A DNA stretch of 64,000 nt from Marsupella aquatica (taxonomy: Eukaryota > Plantae > Marchantiophyta): positions 13,036,359 to 13,100,358 of the forward strand of contig OZ316893.1 in assembly GCA_973895155.1 (NCBI GenBank). Direction: 5' to 3'. The notes below the pieces were generated by a model. It made no database searches and was not told the DNA's origin. It saw nothing but the letters and a program-made list of their open reading frames with translations. This document shows positions 34,779 to 49,038 of the stretch, in pieces. Position 1 is the stretch's first letter, and each line of letters begins with the position of its first letter. The translations under genes were made by a program, and so were the position numbers.

Positions 34779-34926
34779 GGAAAATTTAGTCTTCAAGGCT
34801 GCATGTAGCAACATCAAATAGCAAAAGTTTACAATAATTCAGACAGAAAATGGGAAAATTTAGTCTTCCAGGCTGCATGTAGCAACATCAAATAGCAAAA
34901 GTTTACAATAATTCAGACAGAAAATG
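34779..34926 (+). repeat. 2 x 74-bp tandem duplication
   Basis: ggaaaatttagtcttc(a/c)aggctgcatgtagc...cagacagaaaatg repeated with one mismatch. Confidence 0.95.
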
Positions 34927-35107
34927 AATTATGAACAACAATTAAAAATGTGAACAAGAGACACTGAAAATATTAGTGATACTTCCTCCTGTTTTTCTTT
35001 TGTATTTCTGCAGGGTTGTGGTTAGTGACAATTAGACTATGGCTGTATTGTAAATTATCCCTTGACATTTCCAAAACTCCGGGGCTCAATGCTCCCATGG
35101 ACCTTAG

Positions 35108-35191
35108 ACAGAAACTACAGAATCAGGATAGACTAATCTTACTTATAACAACAGAAACTACAGAATCAGGATAGACTAATTTTACTTATAA
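35108..35191 (+). repeat. 2 x ~43-bp tandem duplication
   Basis: acagaaactacagaatcaggatagactaat(c/t)ttacttataa repeated. Confidence 0.9.
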
Positions 35192-36559
35192 AGCCTAGAG
35201 TTGGGGTCTAGGCTTCTAGAGTGAAGACTCTAGACCATAACTCTATGGGCCACGTGTGGATGGAAAGACTCATGGGTATGATATATGTCAAATGATAATG
35301 ATGCATGTTTTTTTTGTCATAGTTTCTATTTACATTCAAGTAATGGGCATTCAAGCTCCTTAAGAATAATCCCTGTGACATTGTAAGAAAAATGCGATCC
35401 ATCTGAGTTGGAAATATCCCTGGGAGCATTTTGACAAACCTAGAGGTCCATCCGGGCAAGGGATGATGTACAATAGTTAAAACTATAAAGTTGTAGCATA
35501 GGTAACAGGTAATCCATCATAAGAAGGGGAATGTAACAAATCTCAATTTTGGAAAATAAATCCTCATAGCTGTAGGATGGTATTTCCCAATTGAAATTCT
35601 ACAGGTAAGAAACTTGCTTTTCTCAAATTTCAAAGTAAAGCAGCCTAGGCATTTATATTTTGTTTCTTTTTGGTTCTATCATTATCCATGAGTGTGGGGG
35701 GGGGGGGGGTTATGGAGGGGAAGTAAGGCATTATAGAAGACATTACTATCACTTTGCAACCTTCTTTCCACTGGAAGTCGAGCAACATAACCCAAGTTAG
35801 CTTGTATTGATCCAACAACTAACATTTTATCCACTGTTAGATGATGGTCCACTCACCATTCTCAACTCACTGTAATTCTCACTGGGTCACCTCACATAAC
35901 GATTTTGCATGATTGTCCCATGTGGCATTTTGTTCTTGAGCACGGCTGCTGACTCTGCTCTTGCCCTTAGTTTTGGTCTAATCTCAAGGGGTGTCACCCC
36001 TTTGAACGTACTTAATGCCCTTCATGATTTTGTCTTTGTAATTTCCAGGGTGTTATGGGAACAATGCCCAATCAATATTTCTATCTTAGATAGCCTTAGG
36101 TTTTACTATATTAGTGACACATAGTACGTCATGTCTTGGGTGGGCCTTTCAGTGTATGAAGGTCCTCTTTCCCAAACATTATGGGCAATTATAACGCCTC
36201 AAGAGCTAAAGCTTTCTCGCGGCATTACATCCTGTAGTGCCCTCAAAACAGGACACTATTATATACAACATCTTAATTTTCAATATTTCTTAATGAACAT
36301 TTGTTTTTGTAGTCCAAACTAAAGTATGCGTTCACTACCCTCACCTGCCGGCTTAAATTATGAGCAGCATTGAGGCATGAAAGTATCATTGGTTTGGTTT
36401 ACTCATACATTAGGGTCATAACAGTCACTCTTTGGATCACTTGAGAGCTGACACAAAAATATGAGAGTCCATACATTCACTGGGGTTGGGATCACATTTA
36501 ATCAGGCTGGTTATAACACTCATGAGTAATGCCTCCTCTAAGATTCATGTGAATGGGGT

Positions 36560-37100
36560 GTTTTCTGGTGAGGTGTGCATGCTGCGGGGATGCCCACTCT
36601 CCCGCCTCCTCTTTGCTAATATCTACTCAACCCCTGATGGACTTTTTGGATGCTGAGATTGCTGCCGGGAGACTCAGTGGTATTTTTGCCTGGCTTTACT
36701 ATACATTAGTGTTTGTTTATTGGCTAATGATCTTGGGTTACTCATACCCTGCTGCTGAAGAGGCGATTGAGCAGGTCAAGACTGCTTTAGCATGTTATGA
36801 ACTGGCCTCTGGTGCTTGGCTCAACCTTCACAAATCTGTGATGATCCTGCTGGAGGTGGAGGTGCTCCCTATGTGGCTGGTTGCAGTATCAGTGGACCTG
36901 GTGGAGTTCAAAAGTACCTTGGGGTTCTCATGGGATGTCCGGGGGGATGTCGTAGCTACATATGTTCCGTTTAGATTAAAGGCTATCATTTTGGGCTACT
37001 TGACTCCTGTCTTTCATTGGGAGGTCGCTGCTGGTGAAGCATGTACTCCAGGCCATCCCTACCTACCATATAATGTTCCTAAGATCTTTGGATGGATTAG
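36560..37100 (+). mobile_element. Degenerate L1-type LINE reverse transcriptase fragment
   Basis: SP..L.ISTQPLMDFL...GRLSGI...YELASGAWLNLHKS followed by a shifted KYLG-like motif, typical of LINE RT domains 4-7. Confidence 0.7.
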
Positions 37101-37128
37101 CTAAGAAGTTCACTGCTTTATGTCATGA

Positions 37129-38689
37129 CTAGCTCAATACCCTGCGTTGCACAAAAGATGTCGTTGAGAAAAAAAATGTCGTGTCGGCCAAGACGTCATT
37201 GAGAAAAAGGATGTGTCGTCCAAGATGTCATGTCGGCCAAGAGGTCATTGAGAAAAAAGATCATGTCAAGTGTCGTCCAGGATGTCATTGAAGACCTACC
37301 ACCCCCCAACCAACTTTGGTCCCGATATTTTGGCCCCAAACTCGTGCGCCTTTGAGTGGTAAACCTAGTGGCAAGAGGTGATAGCAAGGCCTAGAGCTGG
37401 CCGACACTTGGAACCATAGAAATGAGCTTACTTATGGCTAGGGGTGGCGTAGTTTTGTTTTGTTTTGTTTTGTTTTTGGGGTGGCGTAGTTTTATAAGGC
37501 CTGTTGGACAAAATCCAGGCCTGGATGTGATCCAAACCCGGGGGTAGCCGCTTCCATCACCGGTTAATGTTCAGGCAATGGGGAGGCCGCGGACTGGAGC
37601 TCAAATGCGGAGTTGGGGCGATTGAGGGAGTCGCCGCCCTGTTGTCAGGGCCCATTGGGGTGCGGAGATGGTCAGCTGTCCGGGGCAAAGTTGGCTGACC
37701 TTGGTTGCCGGGAGATCAGCGGCGGCTGTCGACCAATGGCCAGCTGTTGACTCAGGCTCATTGCAGGGTGGGGCAGGGAGGTCGACACTGGGGAGGTCTG
37801 GCGGGGAGGTCTGGCCGCAGTCCACTAAGGCTCATCGCGAGGGTGAGTCGATGGCAAGTTGAGGGCTTTTAGCACGGCAGCAGGAACTCAGTGCATGGCA
37901 AGACATGGGATCGCAGCGGCAAAAGTGGAGGGTCACATTTTTTTCCCTTTATATAGCTTTCACTTTTTACCGTTCCTATTGATTCTCCCACTATAATTGA
38001 ATGACGACCACGGCTTTTTTGGCGCAACCTTGTATTGTAGGAGTTAATATTTTATTTATACTCAAGTTTGTTTGAAACTATAAAGCTAATATGGTAGGTT
38101 ACAGGTAGTTTGGGCAGAGGTTATTGAGATTAGCAGGGGTATGGATGGATCCAACGATTCCAGAAAAACAAATTTCTAATGAAGGGCTGGGATTGGTTAA
38201 CTTTTTTTTTGAGGTTGTAAATGGACTCTAGAGTATATGATAATATAGTGACTTCTCCCCTCCATGTAGCAAATAAGATATTTTGGTTGACTTTTCATTA
38301 TTTTTTCCCATGATTACACTATGGTGAAGTGAGGGTCCTCCTTGATATTCGTGCATGCAAGAGGGTTAATTCCATTTTTTGTCTTTTGTCTCCCCATTTT
38401 GTGTGCAAACGTTTATGTACTTTCGGTCCAATCTATATTTAATTCACTTCTGGTTTTGTGCCTTTGATTATATATCAAAATGCCAAAAAGCCCTAAAGCA
38501 CAAAACGCCGGGAGACAGGTTCCCAAAGGCAAAACAACCTTTTTTGTGTGCAATGGTGGTTTCTCTACTCTTGGTAACTACACACTATATTTAATTCACT
38601 TTTGGTTTTGTGCCTTATGTTTATTGATTAGTTCTTTTTCTGACACTGCAATTTTGAATGACGTCCACTTCAAAAACTTTATTATAGGA
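37129..38689 (-). mobile_element. Non-autonomous Helitron, copy A
   Basis: On the minus strand it starts TCCTATAATA (38689) and ends ...GTGCAACGCA-GGGTATTGAGCTAG|T (37129). It shares 5' blocks and 3' end with 54253-55984. Confidence 0.75.
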
Positions 38690-39716
38690 GTTAATTTTCC
38701 ATGGGGACTTAATCGGGAGGGGAGCTGAGAAGTTTTTTTGGTGGCTTGGGCAACCATGACCAGACCTAAGGTAGTGGGCTGCATGGGGTTTTTAAAGACT
38801 TCAAGAGTCAATCTGATGCACTGCTGAGTAGTTCACCAAAATAAAAAAAGTAAAGTGCTTCTTTTAAGAGCCCACAGAGGCATAGCTGTCTGATAGCTCA
38901 CTTGATTGACGACTAATAGATCTTGGGTTCAAACTTACCTGAGTGACAACTAATATGTGTTGGGTTCAATTATTGTGTGTGGACTCATCCCTTTTTGTGA
39001 GGTTTCACAAATTTCTCAGGAAAAACTTATTTAAAAAAAAAACAAGAGCAGGTATCTCAGACACGCTCGCTCTCTGGAGACGAACGTGGCGCCAAACTTT
39101 CGTATTTGCGAGAAAGAAATTGAATCTCCCTCCTTGCTCGCTTCCCGCCCCATTCGAAATTCAATCGGTGGGCCAAATTCGAAATTCAATAGGTGGGTCG
39201 AATCCACGCGAAGCGATCTCTCGTCCAAGAAGAAGAAGAAGAAGGAGCGAAGGGGCTCCAGCTTCTCCATTCATAAAGTGGGACCTCCGCCTCCTCTCGC
39301 TCTATGTAGGCAGCTCGTCAGGTGGTCTTTCTGTCGTCTGTTTCTCACCGTCATCCTCTCTCTCCTAGATGGTCAATTAGACGCATCGTTGTTGTTGTTC
39401 TTCACACTGACTTTGGTCGAACCCTGAAGCTGAAGCTGAATCCGTTGTCTAGGCACTTCAGTGTTTGTTCCTCGTCCACTAGAGCTTGGAATTTGCCGTA
39501 GGCTGAATTTAGCTGTTTGTCGAGCGTCTGCTCTGTGGACTGATTGCAAAGCTCTAGGATTCTGAGATAAATCCGTTTTGATTCAAGTCCTAGGTGGGAA
39601 TTCCGACTCTGGTTTTGCGTTTGTCTCTCCCATTCTTCACCAGTCTGTCTCGTTTTCTCTCTCCAGAGCCTTCCTGCTCTTCAATTAGTTGAAGCGTACA
39701 GTCGAAATCAGCAGCA

Positions 39717-42700
39717 ATGGGGGAATCGATGGTCGAGTCAAGCGTTGAGGACTTGGGCCTCACAATTCGGTCTGCCGATGACGATAAGGAGAACGTGAAG
39801 CCAGGTCTTAAGCAGGAGAAGAACGGAAAGACTCTGACGAAATCTGCTTCTCAGATTGTGCTGGAACAGAGTGGCAGGTATGCGTTTCGATGTTTGATTG
39901 TTTAATTCCACTCCTCACCAGTAATGTTTGTTCCGCCAGGAGACTGGCATGCTCCTTTGGAAATCGAGGACTTCTCTCCATTGCATTGTTTCCCCGTTAA
40001 CCTGACAGCTCGTCTATTCCCATTATTTTTGCTCATGTGGGATAATTTTTCGTTTGTGCAGGGCCATGCCAGCCATGAGAAGGGGAATTTCAAGGAGAGT
40101 ATATCCATTGGTCTCCTTGAACCCGTATGATGGAAATTGGACCATCAAAGTCAGAGTGACCAACAAAGGTCCCCTGCGTCAGTTCAACAACGCTCGTGGC
40201 CCAGGAAATGTGTTCAACGTTGAGCTCACCGATGAGGAGGTGAGTGCAACTGATGCAGTCTTGGGTGCCCTTCTTATCGCTTCCAATTTCTGTATCTGTA
40301 CAATTCATTGTAGGCCCGTGACGTTAGCGTTGTTGATCTAGACCGTTATGAAATTCCTCAGCGTTGGAGTTTGATTCCAGTTTCAGGTACGAAGTTGTGG
40401 CTGTCTTGTCCTGAATTTGGCCACACGGCATTGAATGTGCAATCGAGTCTCCAGTATGTGAACTCCAGCCAGTTGTTCCTACCAATTATGGCTCTCTAAT
40501 GTCGCCGAGGTGTCTTGGAACAGGGAACCCAAATTCAAGCCAGTATGTTCAAGGAGGCAGCAGACAAGTTCTACGATAAGCTTCAGCTGGGAAAGCTCTA
40601 TTATATCTCCAAAGGGAGCTTACGGGCAGCGAACAAGCGCTACTCAATCATAAACAATGACTATGAGATGACCTTGAACCAGAACTCGGAGGTGGAGGAG
40701 ATTCCGGAAGAGGATAGTTCTTCCTTTAAAGTTCCTTTGGTCAAGTACAATTTCGTGAAGATCGATGAGCTGGGCCAATACGTTAATGGGAGGGCTCTAA
40801 TAGGTGAGTTCTATCTGGAACGCGTACGATCTACTGCCCGCGCTTTCCCACCAACTAGATTTCGTGCCCCTGAGTAGGGTCACAGAGCTATATGTTTCTC
40901 ATTAAATTATACTCTGCAGATGTTATTGGGGTGCTTCAATCTGTCGGCTCGAGCACATCTATCCGGCGGAAAAGCAACAATGAGGAGATTCCCAAGCGGG
41001 AGATGGTTATAGCTGATCAAAGGTGGGACCATCTCAAGCTTAAAGAACATTCATGCGATATTTACCTTTTCTCCGCTGCACTCAATAATGCAGATGTCCT
41101 AAAGCATCTCAAAAGTATGCTGATACGGTTGCCTCGTTATTGCAGCGGCAAAACGGTGCAATTGAGCCTATGGAATGATTTGGCCAACGACGAGGGAGCC
41201 AAACTGTTGGAGATGGCAAATGATGCAGCAATTGTTGCTGCTAGAGCTATTCGTGTCGGTGACTATCAGGGTAAGTACGGCGTTACACGGGTGCATTCTA
41301 GGAAGCTTTTCGATCGCCTTTGAAGGCTCTACTATCACGCCACCATTAAATCCAGGTCGCCGGCTGAATTTTGGAGAGCACAACAGTAGTCCAGATTTCC
41401 TCAATTCAATCAGTGACCTGGACTTACACTGTAGGTGTTGCGATCTTCTGTCCTTCGAGGATTACCAGGGTGGAAGAACATGCTTGAATGCACTGTCATC
41501 CCACATTCAATCTCAACCATTAATTAACCCTGTTGCGGAATGTTTCGTTTTGTGTAGAAAGGAAATGACTAAGAACACTTAGTAGACTCTCCCCACCCCA
41601 ATAGAGTCCACGAATCTGCAGGTACTCCTTCGATTACTAATACTTGGAAGACGATTTGGTGTGATACTATGTATTGTGCAGGTGTTTCTCTGTCAACTAC
41701 CATGAGGAGCACGGTAGTCATCAATCCTGATAGCGAGGAAGCTCGAGTGCTCCGGGAATGGTGATACTCCTAAAGTCCACTTGATCAACTTGTCTTTTGC
41801 GGTCCAGATGTCCGGAACTGGAGACTGATTCATTTAAACCTTCGTGGTTCAGGTATAATGGAGCCGGAAAGACAGCCACTCTGACGCCAGCTGGGGCGAG
41901 CTTGCCCAACGGCAGTGTTGGCTCGCGTCTGGGTATGAACGCCGAACGTGCCAACCTTCTGGAGATCACCAAAGATGAAGTGGGCGAAGGCAAGGTACAA
42001 TTGTTCTTCCACCTTAATTTGGCGGAGAACGATCGATGAAATCTATTTCTGTGGCCAATGCAAGGAGATCTTTCATAGCGTCGTTTGTATTTTTACCTCA
42101 CTAATTGCGTTGTTTGCAACGTTGCCTCACGTCGTTGTGGTCGTGTGATGCAGCCAGCATGGTTCACTGTAAGAACATGCATTAGTTTCATCAAACCGGA
42201 CCAGCCGATGTGGTACCTTGCGTGCACATTGTGCAATCGGAAAGTGAGTCAAGAACACAGCACTAGCTACTGGTGTGAAGCTTGTTCGAAGAATTACGAG
42301 TCCTGCAACCGCAGGTAGGAAAGTTCTCATTGCCCTGCTAGCAGACTCCTACTTTTTGATGCTCCTTCACATCACTTCAAACACTCACTAACCCACCGTG
42401 GAATTGTTTGGTCAGGTACATTATGATGGCTAAAGTTTCTGATTACTCCACCGAGGCTTGGATCTCAGCATTCAATCAGGAAGCAGAGGTGATTCTGGGG
42501 CAGTCTGCTGCGAGCCTTGCCGATGTTCGAACAGAGGTAGATGTCGTTGCGCTTAGTAGACTCCCATGATTGGACCAATGAACCCTCTACACTGTCTACT
42601 GCTAATGCACTGGACATGATCTACGCTGTTCGCTTCGAGATTTTTCTAGCCATCTGCAGCGAATCCAAATGGCGGTGTAGGTCATCGCTGGATGATATCT

Positions 42701-42985
42701 TACTATCTACTTAAAATTAATTATGATTCCTTTTTTTCCATGTTCAGTAAATGCCTCCATGATTTGTCTAACCTGCATAGTTGTGGACCACAGGATCCCC
42801 AAGACAAGGTGTATGGTAATGTGCTGAAGAAAGCATCGTGGGTGCCCAGATTATTAGTTGTCAGCGTTGGTCAAACGGAATACCAGGGTGAGAAGCGTCA
42901 ACGGATCACTGTCCGGTCAGTAGGTCCCGTCGATTGGGCTATCGAATGCAAGTTGCTCCTGGAGAAAATTGCAGCCATGAGATAG
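39717..42985 (+). CDS. RPA1B: Replication protein A 70-kDa subunit, RPA1B/D type, 10 exons
   Basis: Exons 39717-39877, 40062-40239, 40524-40803, 40920-41022, 41146-41270, 41682-41760, 41853-41994, 42154-42314, 42416-42536, 42794-42985. Motifs KSASQI.EQ, YPLVSLNPY..WTIKVRVTNKG, VFNVELTDEEGTQIQA, WYLACTLCNRKV...WCEAC, YQGEKRQRITV. Confidence 0.93.
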
Positions 42986-45281
42986 AGTGGTCCTAGTTTT
43001 TCTAGCTTGTCCTCGTTCTCAGGATCCTGCAAGGACATGTGGAGGCTCCTTTCTGGAGCAGCAATTGGAATGTTTTCCACATTTTGGCGAAGAGCCACGA
43101 AGCATATGGCTGCCGTCAGCGTAGGTCCGAGTAGAGGACGTTTCTTTGCACGAAACGCGGCCCCATGTACAGTGTTTTGGGCCCACTCCCTGCTGGAGCA
43201 ATATGTAGAATCACATCCCTTTTTTCTTGTACCATGAAATTAAAGCATCATTTTGTAAGACTGTTCCTCGGTCGCATACGATCACACATCACCGATTGTT
43301 TTTCTGATTGTCTGTATGTCTTCCGAATTTGCGTCGAATTGCACCACAAACAGAGCCTGGGGCAGTTTGTGTTCTTGATTGTAGTCCGAAATTTCGTGTT
43401 CTTGATTGTAGGCCGAAATTTCGTATTCTTGATGTCTTGAATGTGGAATCTGGTATCGAATTCCGATTCGAATCCGAGCACTACCTTGTTTAGATACTCC
43501 TCGTCCCAAGCTGAAGGAACTCCTTCGGAATGTAGAAGATCTCCCGAGTTAGGACGGTGGGATGGAAGGGAGGCGCCGAGCACTTTGTGGTTTGCCGGTA
43601 GGGGCAATCTGCGCCTCAGCACTGTCTTGAATTCGCCGAATGAGCTGGAGTGTCTACATGAGCTGCTGGCCATGTCACCCTGCAGAGTAGATGGTCAGTA
43701 GTCCCGGGAGTGCGGGATGTTTCCTGATCGTCCCACGTGTAATGATGCGGAAAACAGATTCTGGAAGTGAGGCGCTAATGAGATACTCCCCAAGCTCAAG
43801 CGAAGACTTTCGAATGTAGACTTCCTGAACAAATCCCAAAATGCCCGTGTGAAATGCCGGATCGCGCCTCCGTTCCCCTTGGTAATGCGGAAGGAGGGTT
43901 AAGGAATGGTAGGCGAGAGATCAGCCTGACATTCTCTCCACTCACCGGATTTCACGGAGCGCTACATCGCTACTCTTCGGACCCCAGCGTCGCCTTCATT
44001 CTCACATGGAAAGAGTTTCGATTGTCGGTTCGTCTTGAAATGCCCACATACGATCTATTCCACTACTAGTCCCGGGAAAAGTTGAATGCAAGTTATGGTT
44101 ACGAAGTTGGCAACTGCAGATAAGAATTTTTGTCGACACGATGGCAACTTTCATTGTTGGTTTACAAAGCTTCTATGTGTACCATAAGCTCCTGGACCAT
44201 TAGCTCATACCAGCATGGCTGTCATTAATGCCTTCAGCGTTTCCTTATTAGCCTTTTTCTCTTTATAAACTTATGGGGTTTCCCTTTTGATCTCTATTGT
44301 GTCTTCCTCATTACGTATTCGTTGGGCCCATCTTGTAAATAAGCTTAGGGTGCAGTTGAAGGGCAGACTGTAATTTCCCAATTTATGTCCGGGAGTGCCA
44401 TATATGAGGATTTTGCCTACTGTAAATACGAACTCAGGTTCACATGAACTCGGGTTTAGAAAACCAGGTTAGTCAAGAGTGCAAAGATGTTACTCATAAA
44501 GAGAACTTTGCAGCTTTTTTCTGTGTTACCTCCACTCAACTTCTGTAAGTTAACCTCTGCCAATTTGGGTTCGAAGTTGGGCTCAAAAGTGACTGGGTTA
44601 CTTACAAACTCGGGCTGAAAAACCTTGGGTTAAAAAATAGTCGGGCTGAAAAAAGTTCCTCATAGCATTCAAATCCAAGCTAGTGCCATCTAGACGGAAT
44701 CCACAGGAAGTCGAATTACTCAACCCTAACCAAACCCATCTTGGCAGTGAATAGAATTGTTGGTAGAAACGGAACGGAAAATGGCAATTTGCTCTCGATG
44801 GAGTTGTTAGTAATGTGGCCGAAAAACGGGGGCAGAAATAAATCCCGCGTGAGTTGAGTCTGGTTTCTCAGTTGAACTACTCAGGGTACAAATGGCCATA
44901 AGTTCTATTGGAGAACCAGAACGAGAAATTCAGAGTTCACAATCTGTTTCATAACCTCAATCAGAGTCTAATACCAGCGATCGTTATTCATTTCACCCCT
45001 TCATTCAAGATCTAGGAAACATGCACACTTTGCTTCGTTTGACCCCTTTGTTTTAAGAAGCTCTACCTAACTTGAACATTTTCAACGGGCATTGCTGACA
45101 TAATACTTCGTGTCCGCTGAAGGAATTCGTATCTGAGTTTCCGCTTGAAGTTGATGTTGGGTTTAGAGGCAGTAGCAGGGTGCGCAATCTGGGGATCTTG
45201 TAAAGCTGAAGCATAATCCTGGCGGCGATCGTGTCAACAACGCTCCACCCCCTAGCTGCTGCAGGCTATCGTGGCTGCCGC

Positions 45282-48200
45282 ATGGGTTACCTCGACGCCC
45301 AAGAAGGGGCGGATTCCCGCACAGCGTTCCGCACTGCGGAAAAACTGTACAAGAGGTACAAGAACCCGGCCACCAAATCGCGCAGCTCCAAGCACCGGTA
45401 CGTCTAAGCCCTCAGCTCCGAGATGGCACATCAAATGTTGTTTAGTCTTCCACGACATGTTCTCAGGATGTCCCCATCTGGACAGTTGTCGAGCAAATCT
45501 ACGGAAAGATGCTATCAAACACGCTCGATCATTCACCACAGCTAGCAAATTAAAATTCTAAAAAATCGTCAAGCAGTCCTCCTGTATTGCCATGAAATTG
45601 GCTGCTCGGCAGAACGATCTTAAGGGTTTAGGGTTACCCAAGCGTCAGGGGGAACGGATTGGAATGAAACAACCAGTCCAATGCTTGATGGAATTTGTGG
45701 GTAACTTAATTCTTGGGGCTCTCTTCCTCTCTTCATAATCATTCACAGGTGGGGTAAGCGACAGAGCCTGCAAGGTGACAAGGTTTTATGACGGAATTAG
45801 TTTCAGGCAAACTAAAGTCTCGAGGAACAGATACGGTACGTGTTCAAGTTGTGGTTCTAACACTGTCAAACGATCCACGACAAATGCAATCTAATGCTCA
45901 CGTCTGGCGTGATTCGACTCCAAACGAATTTGATGTCCATGGGGGGTTGGGATGAACTGTGAGACAATAGCAACGTTAGTGATCGTCTTGATATTGAGCT
46001 CATCTCGTTCAACAGAAAAATGTCATGGACAATCACTTAAGTTCTCTAACATTCCACATGCTAGTAGGGACCTCTTGATTGCTATAACGCGGACAGTTTT
46101 TCTCCAATAGTCCGTGTACCTTTGACCTTGTTTGGCCCTAATGTTCACATGCCAATGACCTCAAGATTACGAGTAACGGGCAACTTTTCTCATACTTTAG
46201 ACATGGCTGTTCTTGGTGTAAGTGGACAATGAGTTCCCAGGCTAAATGACCCATTACTTTATAGGCTAAGCGACCAGTCGTTTCACATACTCCAGACACC
46301 TTCAATTTATAGGCTAATAGCCAGTCGTTTCATATACTCCAGACCCCTTCCAAGACCTTTGATATTGGAGACATGTATTTATGTGAATGCCTCTTCCGGT
46401 CATCTGATCGGATCGGATCGGCCTACTCATTCATAAAATAGAGGAATTCTATCTCAGACCAGAACCTTTTTTCCGCGTTGTTCACAAGAACTATGTGCTC
46501 AAATTGGATTATTGATTGCCTTGCGTTTGTCATGTTCAGGAAACAGACTGTTCCGCCCACGGATCTATCACAGGTGCTGGACTTCAGCAAGTATGCGGAC
46601 GTATTGAAGGATAGAACCTCGAAGGTTGACGGCGTATCACTTGCAACCGGAGCTCCACTTGATGCTCCAGTTTTTGTGATCGATGGACATCCTGGTATAT
46701 CTTCAGAGCTTCGTACGATCATGTGTCGTACTTATGATCAGTTGGCATACTTTGAGATTTCTTCGTCATGGGCTTGATTACATCCAGGATGGTTATCGTT
46801 TTGCTGTGTTTTATACCCTCCGGTTTTAATTCTGTCATTTAAAATTTTGGGACTGCAGGATTTTATTTCATTCCTCAGGCACTATCCGTTGAGGAACAAT
46901 TTTATTGGATACGGGAGGCACTGACATCATTCCCGCAACCCCCCAATCGTACCAATCACAATACCGTGTATGGCCCTCTTAGTGACTTGTGGTGTCGTGC
47001 GCAAGAACGACATGTTCTTATTGAGGATACTGCCAACATCCGTAGTCCCCATGTCGATAGCGAAATGGACGAAAAATATGATAACTGCTTGACAACAGCT
47101 TATACTTCAGAAGTTTTAGCAATCGAGACTCATGCGCAGGAAGGTCTTAATTATCAAGAAAACTCTCACACCTCACTGCAGTACCCTGTCATTCCTGCAA
47201 GTAGTGTTAAAGATAATGATCTTGTAGCAAGAGTAGTACATGAAAAACCTGAAGAGAGTTGCACGAAATGGCGGTTTGTTGACGATGCTGAGGCTAGGAG
47301 CAGCCTCACTCCAACGTCGTCCACCAAGCTGATTACTGCCAAGTCACTTCTTCAAAAACTGCGCTGGGCCACCATTGGTCAGCAGTTTGATTGGGGAAAG
47401 GTAGTAATCCCTTTGCATGGAATGACTTCCTTGTCCTTCATTACTGCATTTCCCTGCGTTCATGATGGTATCACTCTGCATTTATTCAATACATTTCATG
47501 AGTTGGTGGGCTGTTGGCTACCTTGTTTGTGAAGACAAGGTTTCTCATGGTAGTTGGTCATCGGAGTTGACGTAACCTGTTCGATATAAATTCGACTCAG
47601 AGGATGTTTGGGTTTTTTGTTTTGTTTTGTTTTGTCCTGATTTGCCATGGCTAGTGTAGTATGTGGTGCTTGGATTCCAATTCCGTGTGCGGAAAGCTTT
47701 GAAGGCCGACGTTTGATCTCCTAGATCCTTTCAGCAGTCCCCTAATGATTTGCGAAAGGCATTATTTTTCAGAAATGTTACAACACAATGCTTCCATACA
47801 AAAGACTGCCCGAGGAGCTTTCTGAACTTGCTGCTAGACTAGCAGAACCTGCTATGAATGGAGAGAAGTTCTTGGCACAAGGTGCTATTGTGAATTATTA
47901 TGGACCAGGTAATATTAAAGGGAGGATTATGCCCATCCTAAGCGTGAGTTTCTGCTTTGTGCGGATATTGGTTTTAAAATAAGCGCAAGAATAGTTACTA
48001 ATAAGAGAACAGGGGACTGTAGCACAGGATCATCTCCTCTTAGTCTTTCTTAGTGACTTGAATTTTTATTTCACATTTTCACGGCATGCTAAGTTCGACT
48101 CCTTATGACTTAATGTTTGTTGCCTTCATTTGCAGCGTCGTAGGAAGTTCGTACTGTTTTTAAATGCTCTGGTACTTTGTTGAAGATACTTGTTCACACG

Positions 48201-49038
48201 CTTGTTCACTTTTGCTCAAGGGCATCGTCAATGAATTGGGTGACTGAGCTAAAATATTGCCCACTCTTGACCTCTTTCCTTTCGCAGGTGACATGCTAGG
48301 GGGCCATATAGATGACATGGAAGCTGACTGGCGCAAGCCTATTGTTAGCATCAGGTCCGAAGCAAACTTTTATACTATCTGTAATTCTTGATCCGTGCTT
48401 GCCCGTGTTTGCGGCTGATTGGTTGCGTCTGTTTTGTCCATCGTTGGAGCTGTCCTCTTACTTTATACAGTTGGATTAACTCAACAAACCCTCCTTTTCT
48501 TTGTAATCGTTTCAGCTTAGGATGCAAAGCTGTGTTTTTACTTGGAGGCACGTCTAAGGAGGATGCTCCTCTCGCCATGTTCCTCCGTAGTGGGGATGTT
48601 GTGCTCATGGCTGGTCCCGCAAGGCGTTGTTTTCATGGTAATACTAGAAAATCCATCTCGTTCATCGTTCAGTCTTTGTTGAAGCTCTAGTCTCAAACAA
48701 AACTTCGAGTAGTAGCCTGTACCTATTTTACTTAATTAGAGATGCGGAGTGCCCATGAGTCACTTCATTTTCCTTAACACGAGTAGAACTGACGAGTACC
48801 CTGTAGTCCTGCAATACACTTTTGTCATTAATTAATGCTTTGTCTAAGTTGGTTTCTTGACTTTAATGAATTAATCTAGAGTAACGTTTTTGGTAAACTT
48901 TCAGGTGTTCCTCGCATTTTCGAGTCAGAAGTACCTGATTTTTCGACTCATCTCAATGTTGATCAAGTCACTGCGGGCTCTTTCTTGGACTACATCGAAA
49001 GGTCTCGGATCAATATAAACGTGAGGCAGGTGTTCTAG
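45282..49038 (+). CDS. ALKBH1: AlkB homolog 1 (Fe(II)/2-oxoglutarate dioxygenase), 7 exons
   Basis: Exons 45282-45397, 46540-46694, 46859-47400, 47773-47908, 48288-48354, 48516-48637, 48905-49038. Motifs TAFRTAEKLYK, FPQPPNRTNH, KLRWATIGQQFDW, AIVNYY, GGHIDDME, LRSGDVVLMAG..R.CFHGVPRI, RININVRQVF. Confidence 0.93.

Noticed and set aside
39717-42985. RPA gene as Helitron cargo
   Set aside because: The flanking Helitrons point away from each other and each has its own ends. The gene is intact, conserved and closely matches host RPA1B.
43248-44070. Minus-strand ORF downstream of RPA1B
   Set aside because: It is partly built from a ~28-bp triplicated repeat (43360-43440) and has no recognisable domain or gene structure.
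45282-49038. Functional pairing of AlkB with the retrotransposon DNMT as a methylation/demethylation system
   Set aside because: ALKBH1 is an ordinary intron-containing host gene ~16 kb outside the element; proximity alone is not evidence.
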